A stretch of DNA of 64,000 nucleotides from Octopus vulgaris (GCA_951406725.2 OX597823.1:10230001-10294000); one strand, 5' to 3'. Counted from the stretch's first letter, positions 26,485-40,935 are shown. The notes: generated by a model not told the origin, from the letters alone. Numbers and translations: made by a program.

Positions 26485-27796
26485 GTACATATAATTTGTC
26501 TGCGGACAAATTACTTGATTGAATGCTGGACGAATATAGATCTACACTAAGATTTAAGCAACTGTTAAATGATATGTCACCTCATTGTAAAAAAACAATT
26601 GTTTAATATGAACCTATATGAGTATGTGTGTACTTATATGTGGAGAGTAATCAAAGGAAAATACGCGTGATTTGTAAGTCTCTGTGTGTATACAATGCTA
26701 TATTCTTAAAGCGTGAGGTGTATAAGCCGATGGATCAGACAACATAACAACATAGTAATAATAATAATTAAAACATAGTTAAATACCTTTCAACATCATA
26801 TGCTTGTGACAACCATTGACCTTTATCTGCCTTTTTAAATTGAAACCACGCAAGGTTAATATAGTCTTGTGTCTTCTTGTACAGTAATATGTGCTACGCT
26901 AGTTATGTACTTAATACTTTATTGCTCTATATAATTAACATGTCATTTGAGTTTATCTCAGTAATCCTTTGATTAGCCGTGTGTATATACATCTGCAGTA
27001 ACTTTCATAATGCCTTTTGAAGCTTGATGACAGGTGAACATACAACATACAACGGCAGAAAGACAAACTAGAAATACGCTTTACCTTTTACACTTTCTAG
27101 TGCAATGCGTCAATATTTCGATTTCAAATAACTCTGGAAAATAATTTGCTCTTCAGCAATGCTGTTGTTGAGCAGTTAAAAGAAATCAATTATTATATGT
27201 AAATTCCTCATTAATAAATACTTGTAGGTATATATATATAGAGTTGTCGGCATTGTATACCACAACGACCTTCTTATCTAAACATTATGTATAATATTTG
27301 AACAAGTTATTTGAAGTATGTCTTCCAAGAACACTGTGCGACGAATATATTAAAGAATGCTGAAGAGGCAATTAGAAGGAAAGGAATAAAGAGTATAGCG
27401 AACCAGTTTCAGCAAATAATGCTTAGATGTGGGCAGTAAGCTAACTAAGAATATAGATTGATTAACAAAATACATTCCATTCTCATCCCTACTCATCGTG
27501 AAGGCACCGCACCTGGCCGCCGCAGTACTTGCATCGTTAGCTACTGTGATTCTCGAAAACCTGTTGCAGAATCCTTCACACTAATTGCTCGAAGCATAAA
27601 GGTGCATTCAACTCTAAAATTCCCTAATAATAGGGAAGCGGAATGAGCTACGATCTGGAGAGGTTTTGAGCCCCACAGAGTTAACCACGTTGAAATGGAA
27701 AGAAAATTTCGTAAGGACGAGATCGATATCAATAGCGATGCGTGAGTTGTTCGTTTCTTCTTTAAACGTTCTTTGTGCACAAAAGTATGTATATCT

Positions 27797-28075
27797 CATC
27801 ATCATCATCATTGTTCGACCGTGGTCGAGACAATGGAATTTACCATGCTACGCCAGACTTCACGGTCCATCATGGCATTACGGAGGTCCTGTTGCTGGAT
27901 GCCTGTATCCCAGGAGATTACATCAGGGTAGGAGAGTGTGCGCCCTCTGGTATTGCGAGTAGATGGCTTCCAGAGGAGAAGAGTAGAAATTACCTCTTTT
28001 TCAGCTCTACAACAATGTCCAGCAAACTGGACTCTCCTACCTTTCACAAGAGATGACACAGGTGGTATATCTCAC
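27797..28075 (-). mobile_element. RTE/RTE-X-like LINE 3' end
   Basis: RRVQFAGHCCRAEKEVISTLLLWKP...DREVWRSMV-stop with a (TGA)n tail; near-identical to 45541-45786. Confidence 0.8.
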
Positions 28076-28427
28076 GGTAGTATGAGATCACACCAGTGTG
28101 CTTATGTGGGTAAGGCATGCATGAATTATTGGAATTCCAGACTGGGTGACCAGTTTCAATGCAGTGTCTGTCAAAAAACACTGCGAATAACGTGGAGGAC
28201 AGAAGTGGCACTTGAATGTTCATAATCAAGGAGCGGAAATGGAGTCAATGCCGAAAAGAGATGCTGCGGTATATGTCATCAGCCCTTCAAATACCTGTTA
28301 AGGCTCAAAAGCCATTTAAGATTTCACGGTCGGAAAGATCAGTTATAAATGGGTATAATCATAACCATTTATAAGAAGACATAGGGCTTATTATACACAG
28401 GTAAAAGTCCACGATATCAAATTGTGT

Positions 28428-28652
28428 GAGCTGGCAGAAACGTTAGCGCGCCGGGCGAAATGCGTAGCCGTATTTCGTCTGTCGTTACGTTGTGAGTTCA
28501 ATTTCCGTTGAGGTCGACTTTGCCTTTCATCCTTTCGGGGTCGATAAATTAAGTACCAGTTACGCACTGGGGTCGATATAATCGACTTAATCCCTTTTTC
28601 TGTCCTTGTTTGTCCCCTCTATGTTTAGCCCCTTGTGGGTAGTAAAGAAATA
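28428..28652 (+). mobile_element. SINE family A with TSD
   Basis: Direct repeat GATATCAAATTGTGTGAGCT at 28413-28432 and 28656-28675. Confidence 0.9.
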
Positions 28653-29485
28653 TAGATATCAAATTGTGTGAGCTTACACATATATTTATCGCTAATCCGC
28701 TTTAATCAGTCTGTAACGGACTTAATTTTATCCCATAGGGATAAATCTATAACTCTATTATTCCCTTATGCAGAACAGAATTTAAAATATTCTTGTTCAT
28801 TATTCGTATCTCGGTTTTAGCTGGGTTAATTAGTCTATATTTAGGGTTTCTGCTAAAGTTGAGATGGAATATAGAATCCGTTAATTGAGACTTCCCTTAG
28901 TATTTGAAATATTCAACAACTGAATTCATCATTTAAATATGCTACAGTCTTTCTTACTATGTCAATACTGCCCCCCCCCCCCACCCAAATCGATTGAATT
29001 CAGAGAATACTTGGCAATATCGCTGGCGAGAACCTTCAGGCGTTCTTTAACTGCATTTATTTTGCATGAATTGGAAGAAATTGAAAGCGATAGGTTTCAC
29101 ATACGCACAAATCAATGTACAACACATACATACATAAAAGCATACATACATACATAATACATACATACGTACATAAATACATACACACAGACATATATAT
29201 ATGTATATATATAATACTCATATATATATATACATATATATGCATACACACACACAAATATATACATATATGTATATATGTATATATACACATATATAAA
29301 TATGCAAATATATGCACACACACATATGTACATGTAAGAATCAAAATATATGCATATATACATTTACATATATATCGTATATGTCATATCTAAATATTCA
29401 AATTTCGATATGTATGTGTGTGCGGGTGCGTGTGTGCGTGCATGAGTGCGTCTGTATGAGAGTGTGCGTGTGCATATGTGCATGA

Positions 29486-29557
<72 letters not shown>

Positions 29558-29941
29558 TTATATATATGTATATATATATATTTATATATATGTATATATA
29601 TGTATATATATATATATTTATATATATATATGTGTGTGTGTAAGTATGTATGTATGTATGTATATACAAACACACACGTACACAGATTCACACACATGTA
29701 TATATGTGTGTGTCTGAGCGTAGAGTATGTGTCCGTATGACTATATACGTGCGTTTATGAGTGCGAGCTTACGTGTATGTTTGTACGTTGATTAAATGAC
29801 CGATTGTCCCAAATTTAGCCGCGCTCAAATTCGATAATAATGGCCAAAGGGGAAGTTATCTTATGCTAACTGTAATCCAATTTATTGCTCTTTCATCACA
29901 GAGGAGGTTTCGGATATGTAAGTGCAAAGACATTGTAACAT

Positions 29942-30341
29942 TTTGCGAATTACACAGAAACCCCTCGGCTTGTCGCTGTGTGATGCAAGTCATTATGGCA
30001 CTATTTTCGTTCTACCTAACATTTTATCACCATCAGACTGCTGCTGCTGCTTAAATGCACACACACACACACACACACATACACAAATATACACACACAT
30101 ACAAATACACGCACACACACACACACACACAAACGTACACATATATATGTTATCTTATAGCTTTCAACGTTTACCTTTTCATCTGTTTCACACGTTGATC
30201 TGTGGCCCATTTGGAATATCGACTTCAAGGGCTTAGTCGAACAAATCGACACCCGCATGTATTTCATCGGTTCACTCTTGCTGAACTCCTAAGTTAAACT
30301 ATCGAACATCGGTTGTCAAGTGGTCATGAGGAACAAATAAA

Positions 30342-30374
<33 letters not shown>

Positions 30375-30574
30375 CAAACACACACACACACAACACACAC
30401 ATAGTACCTGTAGTTTCTGTCAATTTCCGTCTACCAAGTCCCCTTACAAACTGTCGGTGTGACCGGAACTTTAAGATAAAACTTCTTGCTCAAGATGCTG
30501 TGAGACTGGGCCAAAAAGCAACATGTGTGGGAAGCAAGCTTTTTAATTGCACACCACACCAAATCCTGTATATA

Positions 30575-30628
<54 letters not shown>

Positions 30629-30828
30629 CAAAGCAATTAAGATTCAAGTCAATTCCAATGATATAAACGGCAGTGTCTGTGCGTGTTTCTGTGTGTCTGT
30701 TTGCTTGTACCCTCACCCTGACCACGGCTTTCAACCGATTCTGATGAAACTTGACACACACATAGCCCAATGTCATAATTCAAAACTAACGCAGCGAAAA
30801 TTTTGAAAAGTTCCCCCAGTTCTGAAAA

Positions 30829-30863
<35 letters not shown>

Positions 30864-31413
30864 TTGGCTATAACTCTCTAAAAATATATATTTCCCTTAC
30901 AAACATAGCAACGCCGGGCGATACTGCTATATATATATATATATGCACGTATGCATATAAATGTAATGATATATCTAACTATTGGTAAACCAATCCACAC
31001 ATCTATGTTAATATAAATAGCAAGTATATTTAATAGCAACTACTCGTAAATTGGACAATGAATTAAATTAACATCTAAAAAAAGGTAAAGGTGAATATAC
31101 ACCACTTTTAAAGAGCATGCAAGTAATTTAATCTCTCATCCTAAATGCAAATTATTCAGCGCCGTTATTGGATTCTAGGATGTTAGAAGAATGATATCTT
31201 GAATTTTGTACGCTTTCAGTTTTAAGGTATTTGGCAGTTGTATTTGACGATGAGTTTATTTGACTTATGTTTGATCCTATTAAGTATTAGCAACTACATT
31301 TAAAACAGCTACTATTGGCAATCCTGAAATCCTGTCCATAAAACTATAGTAGCTGAGTAATTCGATAACCGTAATCCAGCGACAAGCCGAGGGATTTCTG
31401 TGTAATTCGCAAA
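29942..31413. mobile_element. Non-autonomous TIR element (37-bp inverted repeats) with nested SINE B and Helitron relics
   Basis: TTTGCGAATTACACAGAAACCCCTCGGCTTGTCGCTG (29942-29978) versus its reverse complement with one mismatch (31377-31413). Confidence 0.65.
30660..30930 (+). mobile_element. Helitron relic
   Basis: 3' end TTTCCCTTACAAAC..GCAACGCCGGGCGATACTGCTA is shared with the 37048 element. Confidence 0.65.
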
Positions 31414-31830
31414 GTTTCAATTTTTGTAGCAAAATTCATTGCAAATTCACTTAAATTGATCTTGTCAGATTTTTATCATTCTATTTTTCGAAATATTTGC
31501 TTATCTGCCATCTAGAATTTACTAAAGAATACATTATCATAAATGACTATTATAATTACATCATTATACATTCTAGGAAAACTAAACTGTGACAAAAATT
31601 CTAATTTGGTTTTAAGAAAAGGAACAAGATCTACTGGTTCGTTCGTTGTATATTATGGCATCCTTCATCAGCACTAAGACATTTGGCGTTTTGATTGATA
31701 TTCTCGATATACCTAAGTATATGATAGCTTGTCCATCATTTTTATCCGAAATTAACTAAGCAGAAACCAAGAAATGTAACAAAAATCATAAAACAATTTT
31801 CCATTATATCTTTACTTAATCTCATTTCCA

Positions 31831-33090
31831 GGTAGATTTCTTTCGAAGGCCTCAAACAACACTGAAAAGAGTAGGTACTGGGGCACAATCGAAACCTATT
31901 TATTTGGGATCAAAAGTGAAACCTATCGGTTTCACTTGTTCCCGACATTTGCTAGCATGGCATCATGAAACTGGCACAACCATGTTTAGCTATGAGTTTC
32001 CACATACCATTTTAAAAGCCTCTGTGAAGTAAAAACATGTTATATCCAGGACCTTATTCTGCCCTAAACAGTTCCCTGGATCACTTCTACTGCAAAAATC
32101 AGGTCAAAAGTGTACCCTTTCACAACGAAATCCATATTGAATTTCGTGGAGAAAATCGTTAGCGGAGATATGGTTATTGAAGCGATTCTGCAGTATTCTT
32201 GCCATGTCTTGGATCATAATCCACAAGATGGAAAATAGCTACATGGCTCTCATGTGGCTATCATATGACTGACTGCTGTTCTTATACATGGAAATAATAA
32301 TATTAACTTTGAATTCTTGGGGACAGGTGCTTCCTGACAACAGCAAGAAAAATGCTTAGTTTCTCAGAATGCGTTTCACTACTATAAGCAAATATTTCAA
32401 TATGTTGAAATTGTACCTGGTGCTTTACTGAAGGGCAGAGATGTTACAGCGTTATGGGTTTCAAAACCCTTACAGCTATTAAATCATGAAAATAAATATT
32501 TTCACCGAAGACTGAGGTTTAACAAGATGCCCACTTTCCTACGAAGATTGTTTGGGGTGTTAAGGCTACATTTGAATTAAATGTCTCAAAAAACACGCAC
32601 AGTTGCACTTACTGGACGCCTGAGAATCCGTTCGTACGGTGGGACAAGAAGAAAATTTTCCAGATTATACAATGTGGTGCCACTTATCCTCAATTTGACT
32701 AGATTGTACTTTAAGCTGCTGCCACAATGTGTCATGTCAAGCCTTCAAGACGACTTTGAAGACCAGAAGTTTTACTTCCTATAAGACGGGCACCCCTCAC
32801 TGTCATAGTCGTGTAAATACATACCTTGGTGACTTTTTGCCGGGCAGTAGTTTTAGACAAAGAAATATCTTCCGTGTTCAACAGACCTTCAACACTAGAT
32901 TTTTTTATGATGGTACATAATAGTTTACGACACAAAACCGGTAACAGGTAACGAATTGAGGGCAGCCGTTGAAGTAGAATGTGCACGAATGCTAAACAAA
33001 ATGTTTTTGGCGTTTCTGATTCTATTGTATTTTGTTGTCGGCGGTAACTAGACCAGGACTGTCATCAGTTTGAAAAGAAGCATTCAGGCA
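31831..33090 (-). mobile_element. Decayed RTE (BovB-like) LINE RT region
   Basis: Minus-strand motifs in correct order across stops and frameshifts: SKAPG, CPQEFK..IISMYKN, ARILQNRF..HI, QYGFR, WKLIAKHGC, FHDAM, VPTLFS. Confidence 0.75.
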
Positions 33091-33294
33091 TTCAGTTAAA
33101 ACCTAAATTCTGAAAAAAATACGTTTTAATAAACACTGAATTTATAATCATTCTATGAGTAAATGCTGTTTTGGGATATATATAGACACATCCACACACA
33201 CATAAACACTCATACACACATACACAAACATTAAAACACATACACACACCTATGTATATAATATGTATGTGTGTATGTATGTGCATATATATAT

Positions 33295-33333
<39 letters not shown>

Positions 33334-33382
33334 GATAGATAGATAGATAGATAGATATGTATGTATATATATATCTCTTTCA

Positions 33383-33784
33383 CTTTCTCTTTTACTTGTT
33401 TCAGTCATTTGACTGCGGCCATGCTGGAGCACCGCCTTTAGTCGAGCAAATCGACCCCAGAACTTATTCTTTGTAAGCCCAGTACTTATTTTATCGGTCT
33501 CTTTTGCCGAACCGGTAAGTGACGGGGACGTAAACACACCAGCATCGGTTGTCAGGCAATGCTAGGGAGACAAACACAGACACACAAACACACACATACA
33601 CACATATATATATACATATATACGACAGGCTTCTTTCAGTTTCCGTCTACCAAATCCACTCACAAGACATTGGTCGGCCCGGGGCTATAGCAGAAGACAC
33701 TTGCCCAAGATGCCACGCAGTGGGACTAAACCCGGAACCATGTGGTTGGTTAGCAAGCTACTTACCACACAGCCACTCCTGCGC
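33383..33784 (-). mobile_element. SINE family B
   Basis: Matches the family. Confidence 0.9.
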
Positions 33785-34495
<711 letters not shown>

Positions 34496-35158
34496 CAGAT
34501 AGATAGATATTCATGTATATAAAGACACCGAGGTATGTATCACGAAACTTCACACGGGATCTCTTTAAGCATCTCTTTATTGTTTTTGGTAGATTCTGCT
34601 TCCTGCTGTGGTTCTCTACCAATAACTCTATTGGAGTTCAGTGTTGGCCATCCTACATTAGGATGCAGAATTCTTAAACGTAATATATTTTATAGGGCCT
34701 GGTCTTTAGCAAGTTAGTAATGTTTGACAAAGCTTATGCAATATTAGTAGAAATGCGTAGGAGGGATTCACCAATCTCCTTATAGATCATTGAGGTTACA
34801 AAACTGTTGAAAAAGGAGTTTAGTCCTTCTGTTCAGCTTTCATAAGATATACTGAATTTGAAGTAATGTTTCAGCATCTTCGTTAACAGTCATTCCTGTT
34901 CTATGAAATGTGTTATCAGCTGTTGCATCCAAAGTATTACATTTCAAGAACGCATTTCAAATCTTCGTTTTTCTCTAAAAAAATAAAATGTTATTTAATT
35001 AAATTGTTCACATTTATTCATTTGCACATTCTCAACATATATATAATTACGCACGCACACACATAAACACACACACGCCCACATACACACACATGTACAT
35101 ATGTATATACATTATATATGCATGTATATATGTGTGTGTGTGTGTATATGTATACATA

Positions 35159-35216
<58 letters not shown>

Positions 35217-35241
35217 TATACATATAGATATACGTATATCC

Positions 35242-35315
<74 letters not shown>

Positions 35316-35367
35316 ATATACATATAGATATATACAGATATACGTACACGCATGCACACGCACACCC

Positions 35368-35408
<41 letters not shown>

Positions 35409-35939
35409 CATGTGTGTGTGTCTGTGTGTATGTATGAGCATTTAAGAAGGGGAGACAATAAATGTATTGTCATTTCTCATACCTTTTCATTCTATTCTAC
35501 ATTTGTTTGTTTTTTTGTTGTTTTTCTCTCTCTTTCTGTTATACATCACCAGTTTCCATTGTCAGTGGAAACAAAGAAAAGCAATGGCCACCGGCTCAAC
35601 ATTTCGATTTTCAGGATTCAGTAAATGGATTTAGTCCTAAACAAAGCACGAAACGGAATGAAAAAAGAGCATGATGAATGAAAACAAAGACGTAACTGTT
35701 GCAACAGGATCCGATTTGGGTTGTTGTTCATCTGCTTTAATTTCCCTTAACAACCATCCACAGCTCTGACCATAATATATATAACAAAACAATTACAAAT
35801 AGACTGAAATTTTCTTTCAATTGCTATACAGCTTGAATTGTAATATTTCTTTGAAGGCAATGGGTTATTAATAAGAAACTCACGAACGAAATTACCGTAC
35901 GGTAGAATTGAGTACTTAGTTACCTACTGATTTTCTAGA

Positions 35940-36450
35940 GGAGGCGCAATGGCCTAATGGTGACGGCAGTGGACTCGCGGTCGGAGGATCGCGGTTTCGA
36001 TTCCCAGACCGGGCGTTGTGAGTGTTTACCTATTTCTTTACTTCCCACAAGGGGCTAAACACAGAGGGGACAAACAACGACAGACAAACGGATTAAGTCA
36101 ATTATATCGACCCCCAGTGCGTAACTGGTACTTATTTAATCGACCCCGAAAGGATGAAAGGCAAAGTCGACATCGACGGAATTTGAACTCAGAGCATTTC
36201 GCCCGGTTTGCCGCCTTGGCGTTGTGAGTGTTTATTGAGCGTAAACACCACGAGGCACCGGCAGGGGGTGGTGGTGAACATTGCTCTACTATTTCACCAC
36301 AACATTCTCTCATTCTTTCTTCCTGTTTCAGTTGTATCTGTATTTGAAAGGGCCAGCCTTGTCACACTCTGTGTCACGCTGAATCTCTCTGAGAATTACG
36401 TTAAGGGTACACGTGTCTGTGGAGTGCTCAGCCACTTGGACGTTAATAAA
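35940..36450 (+). mobile_element. SINE family C interrupted by an inverted SINE A (about 36029-36215)
   Basis: Direct repeat GGCGTTGTGAGTGTTTA flanks the SINE A insert (about 36012-36028 / 36218-36234). Confidence 0.85.
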
Positions 36451-36817
36451 TGAGCTGCGACCTCACTGGTGCCAAGCTGTATCGGCCTTTATCTTTCCCT
36501 TGGATAACACTAGTGGCATGGAGAGGGGTGGTTTCCATAAATAACCTTGCCCAGACTTGTGCCTCGGAGGGTAACTTTCTAGGTGCAATCCCATGATCAT
36601 TCGTGACCAAAGGGGATCACAACACAAATGATTTTCTAATATAAATAAGACAATGCGTGTATAAGTAGAATTCATAAAAAGAAAGGTAATAATTTGTCAC
36701 CTCCCTCTCTCTCCTCCTTCACCCCTCTCCCTCCTTCTCTTCTCCCTCATTCTCTCGCATTCTGTTCTACAGCCTTGTGTTGTGAGGTAAATGCTCTACT
36801 TGTACTCAATATATTTT

Positions 36818-37035
36818 GGCAGGAACGTTAGCGCGCCGGGTGAAATGCTTAGCGGTATTTCGTCTGTCGTTACGTTCTGAGTTCAAATTCTGCCGAAGTC
36901 AACTTTGCCTTTCATCCTTTCGGGGTCGATAAATAAAGTACCAGTTTCGCACTGGAGGCGATATATTCGACTCAATCCCTTAGTCTGTCCTTGTTTGTCC
37001 CCTCTATGTTTAGCCCCTTATGGGCAGTAAAGAAA
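36818..37035 (+). mobile_element. SINE family A
   Basis: Matches the family. Confidence 0.85.
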
Positions 37036-37047
37036 TATATATTTATA

Positions 37048-37444
37048 CTAGCAGTATCGCCCGGCGTTGCTCGGGTTTGTAAGGGAAATAACTATATAAG
37101 CATTTTTAGAGAGTTATAGCCAAAAAATAGCAAAAAAATGCATTAAAAATGGAAAAAAATTATGGTAAATTTCTTTTTAAATCGTTGACTCATCGTAGAC
37201 ATTTTTAGAGAGTTACTTCCCTTATATAATAGCGAGAAAATGCATTAAAATGGAAAAAAATGATGGTAAATTTTTTTTTAAATCGTAGACTCATCGTAGA
37301 CGCGCGCTAATACCCAGAAGGGCTCGATATGAATCACGACTATAAGATACCCGGTTTTGGTTAAACTGCACCGCAAAATGTGGGAGTAGTTAGGAATCTA
37401 AATCGTAGGAGACAGACACACAACCTCTCTTTTATATATAAAGA
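37048..37444 (-). mobile_element. Non-autonomous Helitron, complete
   Basis: A|TC...hairpin CCCGAGCAACGCCGGG...CTAG|T on the minus strand, no TSD, internal ~75-bp duplication. Confidence 0.85.
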
Positions 37445-37994
37445 TATGTACATTTGTTTATACATAAACAAGTATTTGACTAGCTACAGAAAATTTTTCA
37501 GATATTCAAAAATAGTTTTCACCATTGGAGAATGAACGAGTGAAGGAAAGAGACATGAAACTAAAGTACAACTATCCGCTGTATAGTTTGCTTCACACAG
37601 ACACACACACAGACACACACAGCCACACAAACCAGACATACACACACGTACGCACACTCACACGCCGACACGCATTTATACATTATATACATATATACAC
37701 GCTTGCACACGTATAAACAAATACACATACGTACATGCTTGCAGACACGTAAACAAATACAGTGAGAGAGAGAAAAAGGAAATCGGAGCTTATGAAGAAT
37801 TTTAAAAAATAATTTGGTGTGATATTCCATAAAATTCTAATGCCAGAACTTTATTCTCTAAGGACGCAATGTCATTATATTTCGCAGAAAATGGATAAAT
37901 GTGGAAGTACAAGACATTATTGCTTTTCTTGTTTCACTCTGTGCTTACACTAAATGAATACTCTTTCGTTGGGCATCAGCACACTTCTGCAAAT

Positions 37995-38091
37995 GGCCTC
38001 TATGAAGAGAAGGTCTTGCCAAGTTCGAAATCAGCGAGATCGCGCCTATCACTGACGAGAGAAAATTAAGCCGAAAGAGCAAGTTTGATAG
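37995..38091 (+). ncRNA. Tandem pair of degenerate hammerhead-like motifs
   Basis: ctatca-CTGACGA-..-GAAA-..-TT-tgatag (38046-38091, 6-bp stem I), preceded by ATGAAGA-gaa..ttc-GAAA-tc[agcga]ga-TC. Confidence 0.45.
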
Positions 38092-38273
38092 TCTGCAGAT
38101 GTGGGTCACAGCACGTTGTGTTTTGGTATACAGATCTTACGGAGAGAATTTTTTTTTTTCTCTGAGAAAGAATACACTAGAAATGATATTAACGTTTTTG
38201 TTTGCAGGCAAGAATATCTTCAAAAGATATGCGCAAAGTACCATCATCGTACATATTCACGCGCCCCACCATA

Positions 38274-38313
<40 letters not shown>

Positions 38314-38324
38314 CGTGTGTGTGT

Positions 38325-38370
<46 letters not shown>

Positions 38371-38409
38371 GTGTGTATGAGTGTGTGTGTGTGTGTGTGT
38401 ATATGTATG

Positions 38410-38454
<45 letters not shown>

Positions 38455-38515
38455 ATATATGTATATATATATATGCACGTGTGTGTATATAATAATAATA
38501 ATAATAATAGTAGTA

Positions 38516-38583
<68 letters not shown>

Positions 38584-38585
<2 letters not shown>

Positions 38586-38866
38586 CTCTGGAAACATGGG
38601 TGTTTCGTTCAACATCCTAAAGCAACCCTTATTCAGGGACCTTTAGAGCAGGATGGGCTACTCGACCTGAAGAAAATTCTAACTGGGCCCCACCTGCAAC
38701 TTCATGTGCTGTTTATCTTGATATGAGATCACAATGTCGCGCACATATGGTTGTGATGCTTGTGCCTGGTGTACCCTTATCAGACGGGTAGTCATGATGG
38801 GTATATTGGGCTTCGTATATTTTACCTCAGTGTCACTTTGATGGCATGCACTGCTCTCTCACTCAA
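38584..38866 (+). mobile_element. 5'-truncated copy of a TAA-embedded non-coding retroelement
   Basis: Homologous to 39839-40112, flanked by (TAA)n. Confidence 0.75.
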
Positions 38867-38888
38867 TAATAATAATAAAAATAATAAT

Positions 38889-39215
38889 AGTGCCCTGGGA
38901 ATGATAGCGAAAGTGGCTGATTGCTACCTAACTCAGATACCAGAAAACCCCAAAATGGCAGAAATTCAAAAGATAGTGCTCATGGGAACTGCTCATATCC
39001 TACGCAAAATACTCTCTATGTAATCTCAAGGTTTAAAACAAACTTTTTAAAAAAATTTATTTATTAAACATTCACTAGTACAACACCAAAAAACCCCCCA
39101 AATATATGGCACACTAGGCATAACAACAACGTGAACTTCCAACCTGTTGTCTCTTGAGGTCTCTGGGTGAGACTTGGGGCCAACTTGTACAAACATAAAG
39201 CAGAAGTCAAACATA

Positions 39216-39216
<1 letters not shown>
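38889..39216 (+). mobile_element. R4/Dong-type LINE 3' end in (TAA)n
   Basis: ALGMI...IQKIVLMGTAHILRKILSM-stop, then 3'UTR and (TAA)n. Confidence 0.8.
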
Positions 39217-39294
<78 letters not shown>

Positions 39295-39312
39295 AAGAAG
39301 AAAAAGAATACG

Positions 39313-39349
<37 letters not shown>

Positions 39350-39353
39350 TAAT

Positions 39354-39417
<64 letters not shown>

Positions 39418-39688
39418 TTGGTATAAAAGATGGGCTACAGCAAATATTCTGCTCAATATTGTCTTGGTATAAAAGATGGGCTACAGCAAATATTCTGCTC
39501 AATATTGGCTTGGTATAAAAGATGGGCTACAGCAAATATTCTGCTCAATATTGTCTTGGTATAAAAGATGGGCTACAGCAAATATTCTGCTCAATATTGT
39601 CTTGGTATAAAAGATGGGCTACAGCAAATATTCTGCTCAATATTGGCTTGGTATAAAAGATGGGCTACAGCAGATATTCTGCTCAATA
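39418..39688 (+). repeat. 46-bp minisatellite, 6 copies
   Basis: TTGGTATAAAAGATGGGCTACAGCAAATATTCTGCTCAATATTG(T/G)C starts at 39418, 39464, 39510, 39556, 39602 and 39648. Confidence 0.95.
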
Positions 39689-40112
39689 CCACAGATTTGC
39701 TTGTCAGTTGTTTGACTTTAACCAGTTGAGCATGTCCCTTAGTGGCTGACGATATGTGCATCTCTGATCACGAGCAGAAGTAGTGGGGGAGCATCATAGC
39801 CATGTGTTGAGAGGGATTCTCTGGGGTTTGAATAATTCACCTCTGGAAACATGGGTGGTTCTTTCAACATCCTTAAACAACCCTTATTCAGAGACCCAGA
39901 TGGGCTACTCAACCTGAAGAAATTTCTAACTGGGCCCCACCTGCAAGGTCATGTGCTGTTTATCTTGATATGAGATCACCATGTCGCTCACATATGGTTG
40001 TGATGCATGTGCCTGGTGTACCCTTATCAGACGGGTAGTCATGATGGGTATATTGGGCTTCGTATATTTTACCCCAGTGTTACTTTGATGGCATGAACTG
40101 CTCTCTCACTCA
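39648..40112 (+). mobile_element. TAA-embedded non-coding retroelement (longer copy)
   Basis: Ends CTCTCTCACTC-(AAT)n like 38584-38866; no ORF. Confidence 0.7.
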
Positions 40113-40560
40113 ATAATAATAATAATAATAATCGTGATATATATATATGCATGTATATATATTCATACTTATGCATTTATATACACACATGCATTTATAT
40201 GCATATGTATATATTATATGTTCGTTTGCGTGTATGTATGTATGTATGACTGTATTTATGCATGTGACCATATATGCATATGTAGGTATGTTTATGCATA
40301 TTGATGCATTTGTGAGTTGGAGAAATAGGTAGCTACGTATTTTGATAGTTAAATATGTATCTCTCTATATAAAATTTTAGTCCATGTTTTAATAGAAAAA
40401 GAAAGCAAAAAAAGCAATACGGATTTTGACATAATAATCAATGGCTCTCACCAGCAGCAGCAATGTTCCAAAATGAGTGAGTTTAGAACAAGCAACTTAT
40501 TCCATTGATAAACTGCCAACAAATCATCCATAGTTACAGAAATGTGTACACGAATAAGAC

Positions 40561-40607
<47 letters not shown>

Positions 40608-40694
40608 TGAGCATGCACGCACGCATACGCGCATATGTATGCGTGTGCGGGTACACGCGCGTTTATGAAGATTTGTGTATGAGTGTGTGTGTGC

Positions 40695-40734
<40 letters not shown>

Positions 40735-40737
<3 letters not shown>

Positions 40738-40935
40738 AATATGTTACATTACTCGGTAGTCAAGATAAAACTCTGAGTTTCAGATACCGAAGTGGAAATT
40801 TCCACTTCGACATCTGAAACTCAGAGTTTTATCTTGACTACCGAGTAATGTAACATATTGTATAGATAAATTTCCTCTATTTACATAATATTGAGGTCTC
40901 TTTCTTTCTTTTGTTATCTTACCGTTTTATCAATA
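40735..40935 (+). mobile_element. (TA)n-embedded ~120-bp palindrome plus tail, centred on HHR stem II
   Basis: Arms about 40738-40797 / 40800-40859; homologous to 4296-4524, including GAAACTCAGAGTTTTATC. Confidence 0.8.

Noticed and set aside
27458-27790. GC-richer island with short ORFs on both strands
   Set aside because: No recognisable motif; cannot be assigned without a database search.
31831-32480. THAP-like (CSRH, VPTLF) or SAP-like coding exon
   Set aside because: Better explained by ordered RTE RT motifs on the minus strand.
34530-34960. Possible APE endonuclease remnant of the RTE element at 31831
   Set aside because: Similarity is too faint to support by eye.
39418-39688. CRISPR-like array
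   Set aside because: Pure tandem 46-bp units without spacers.
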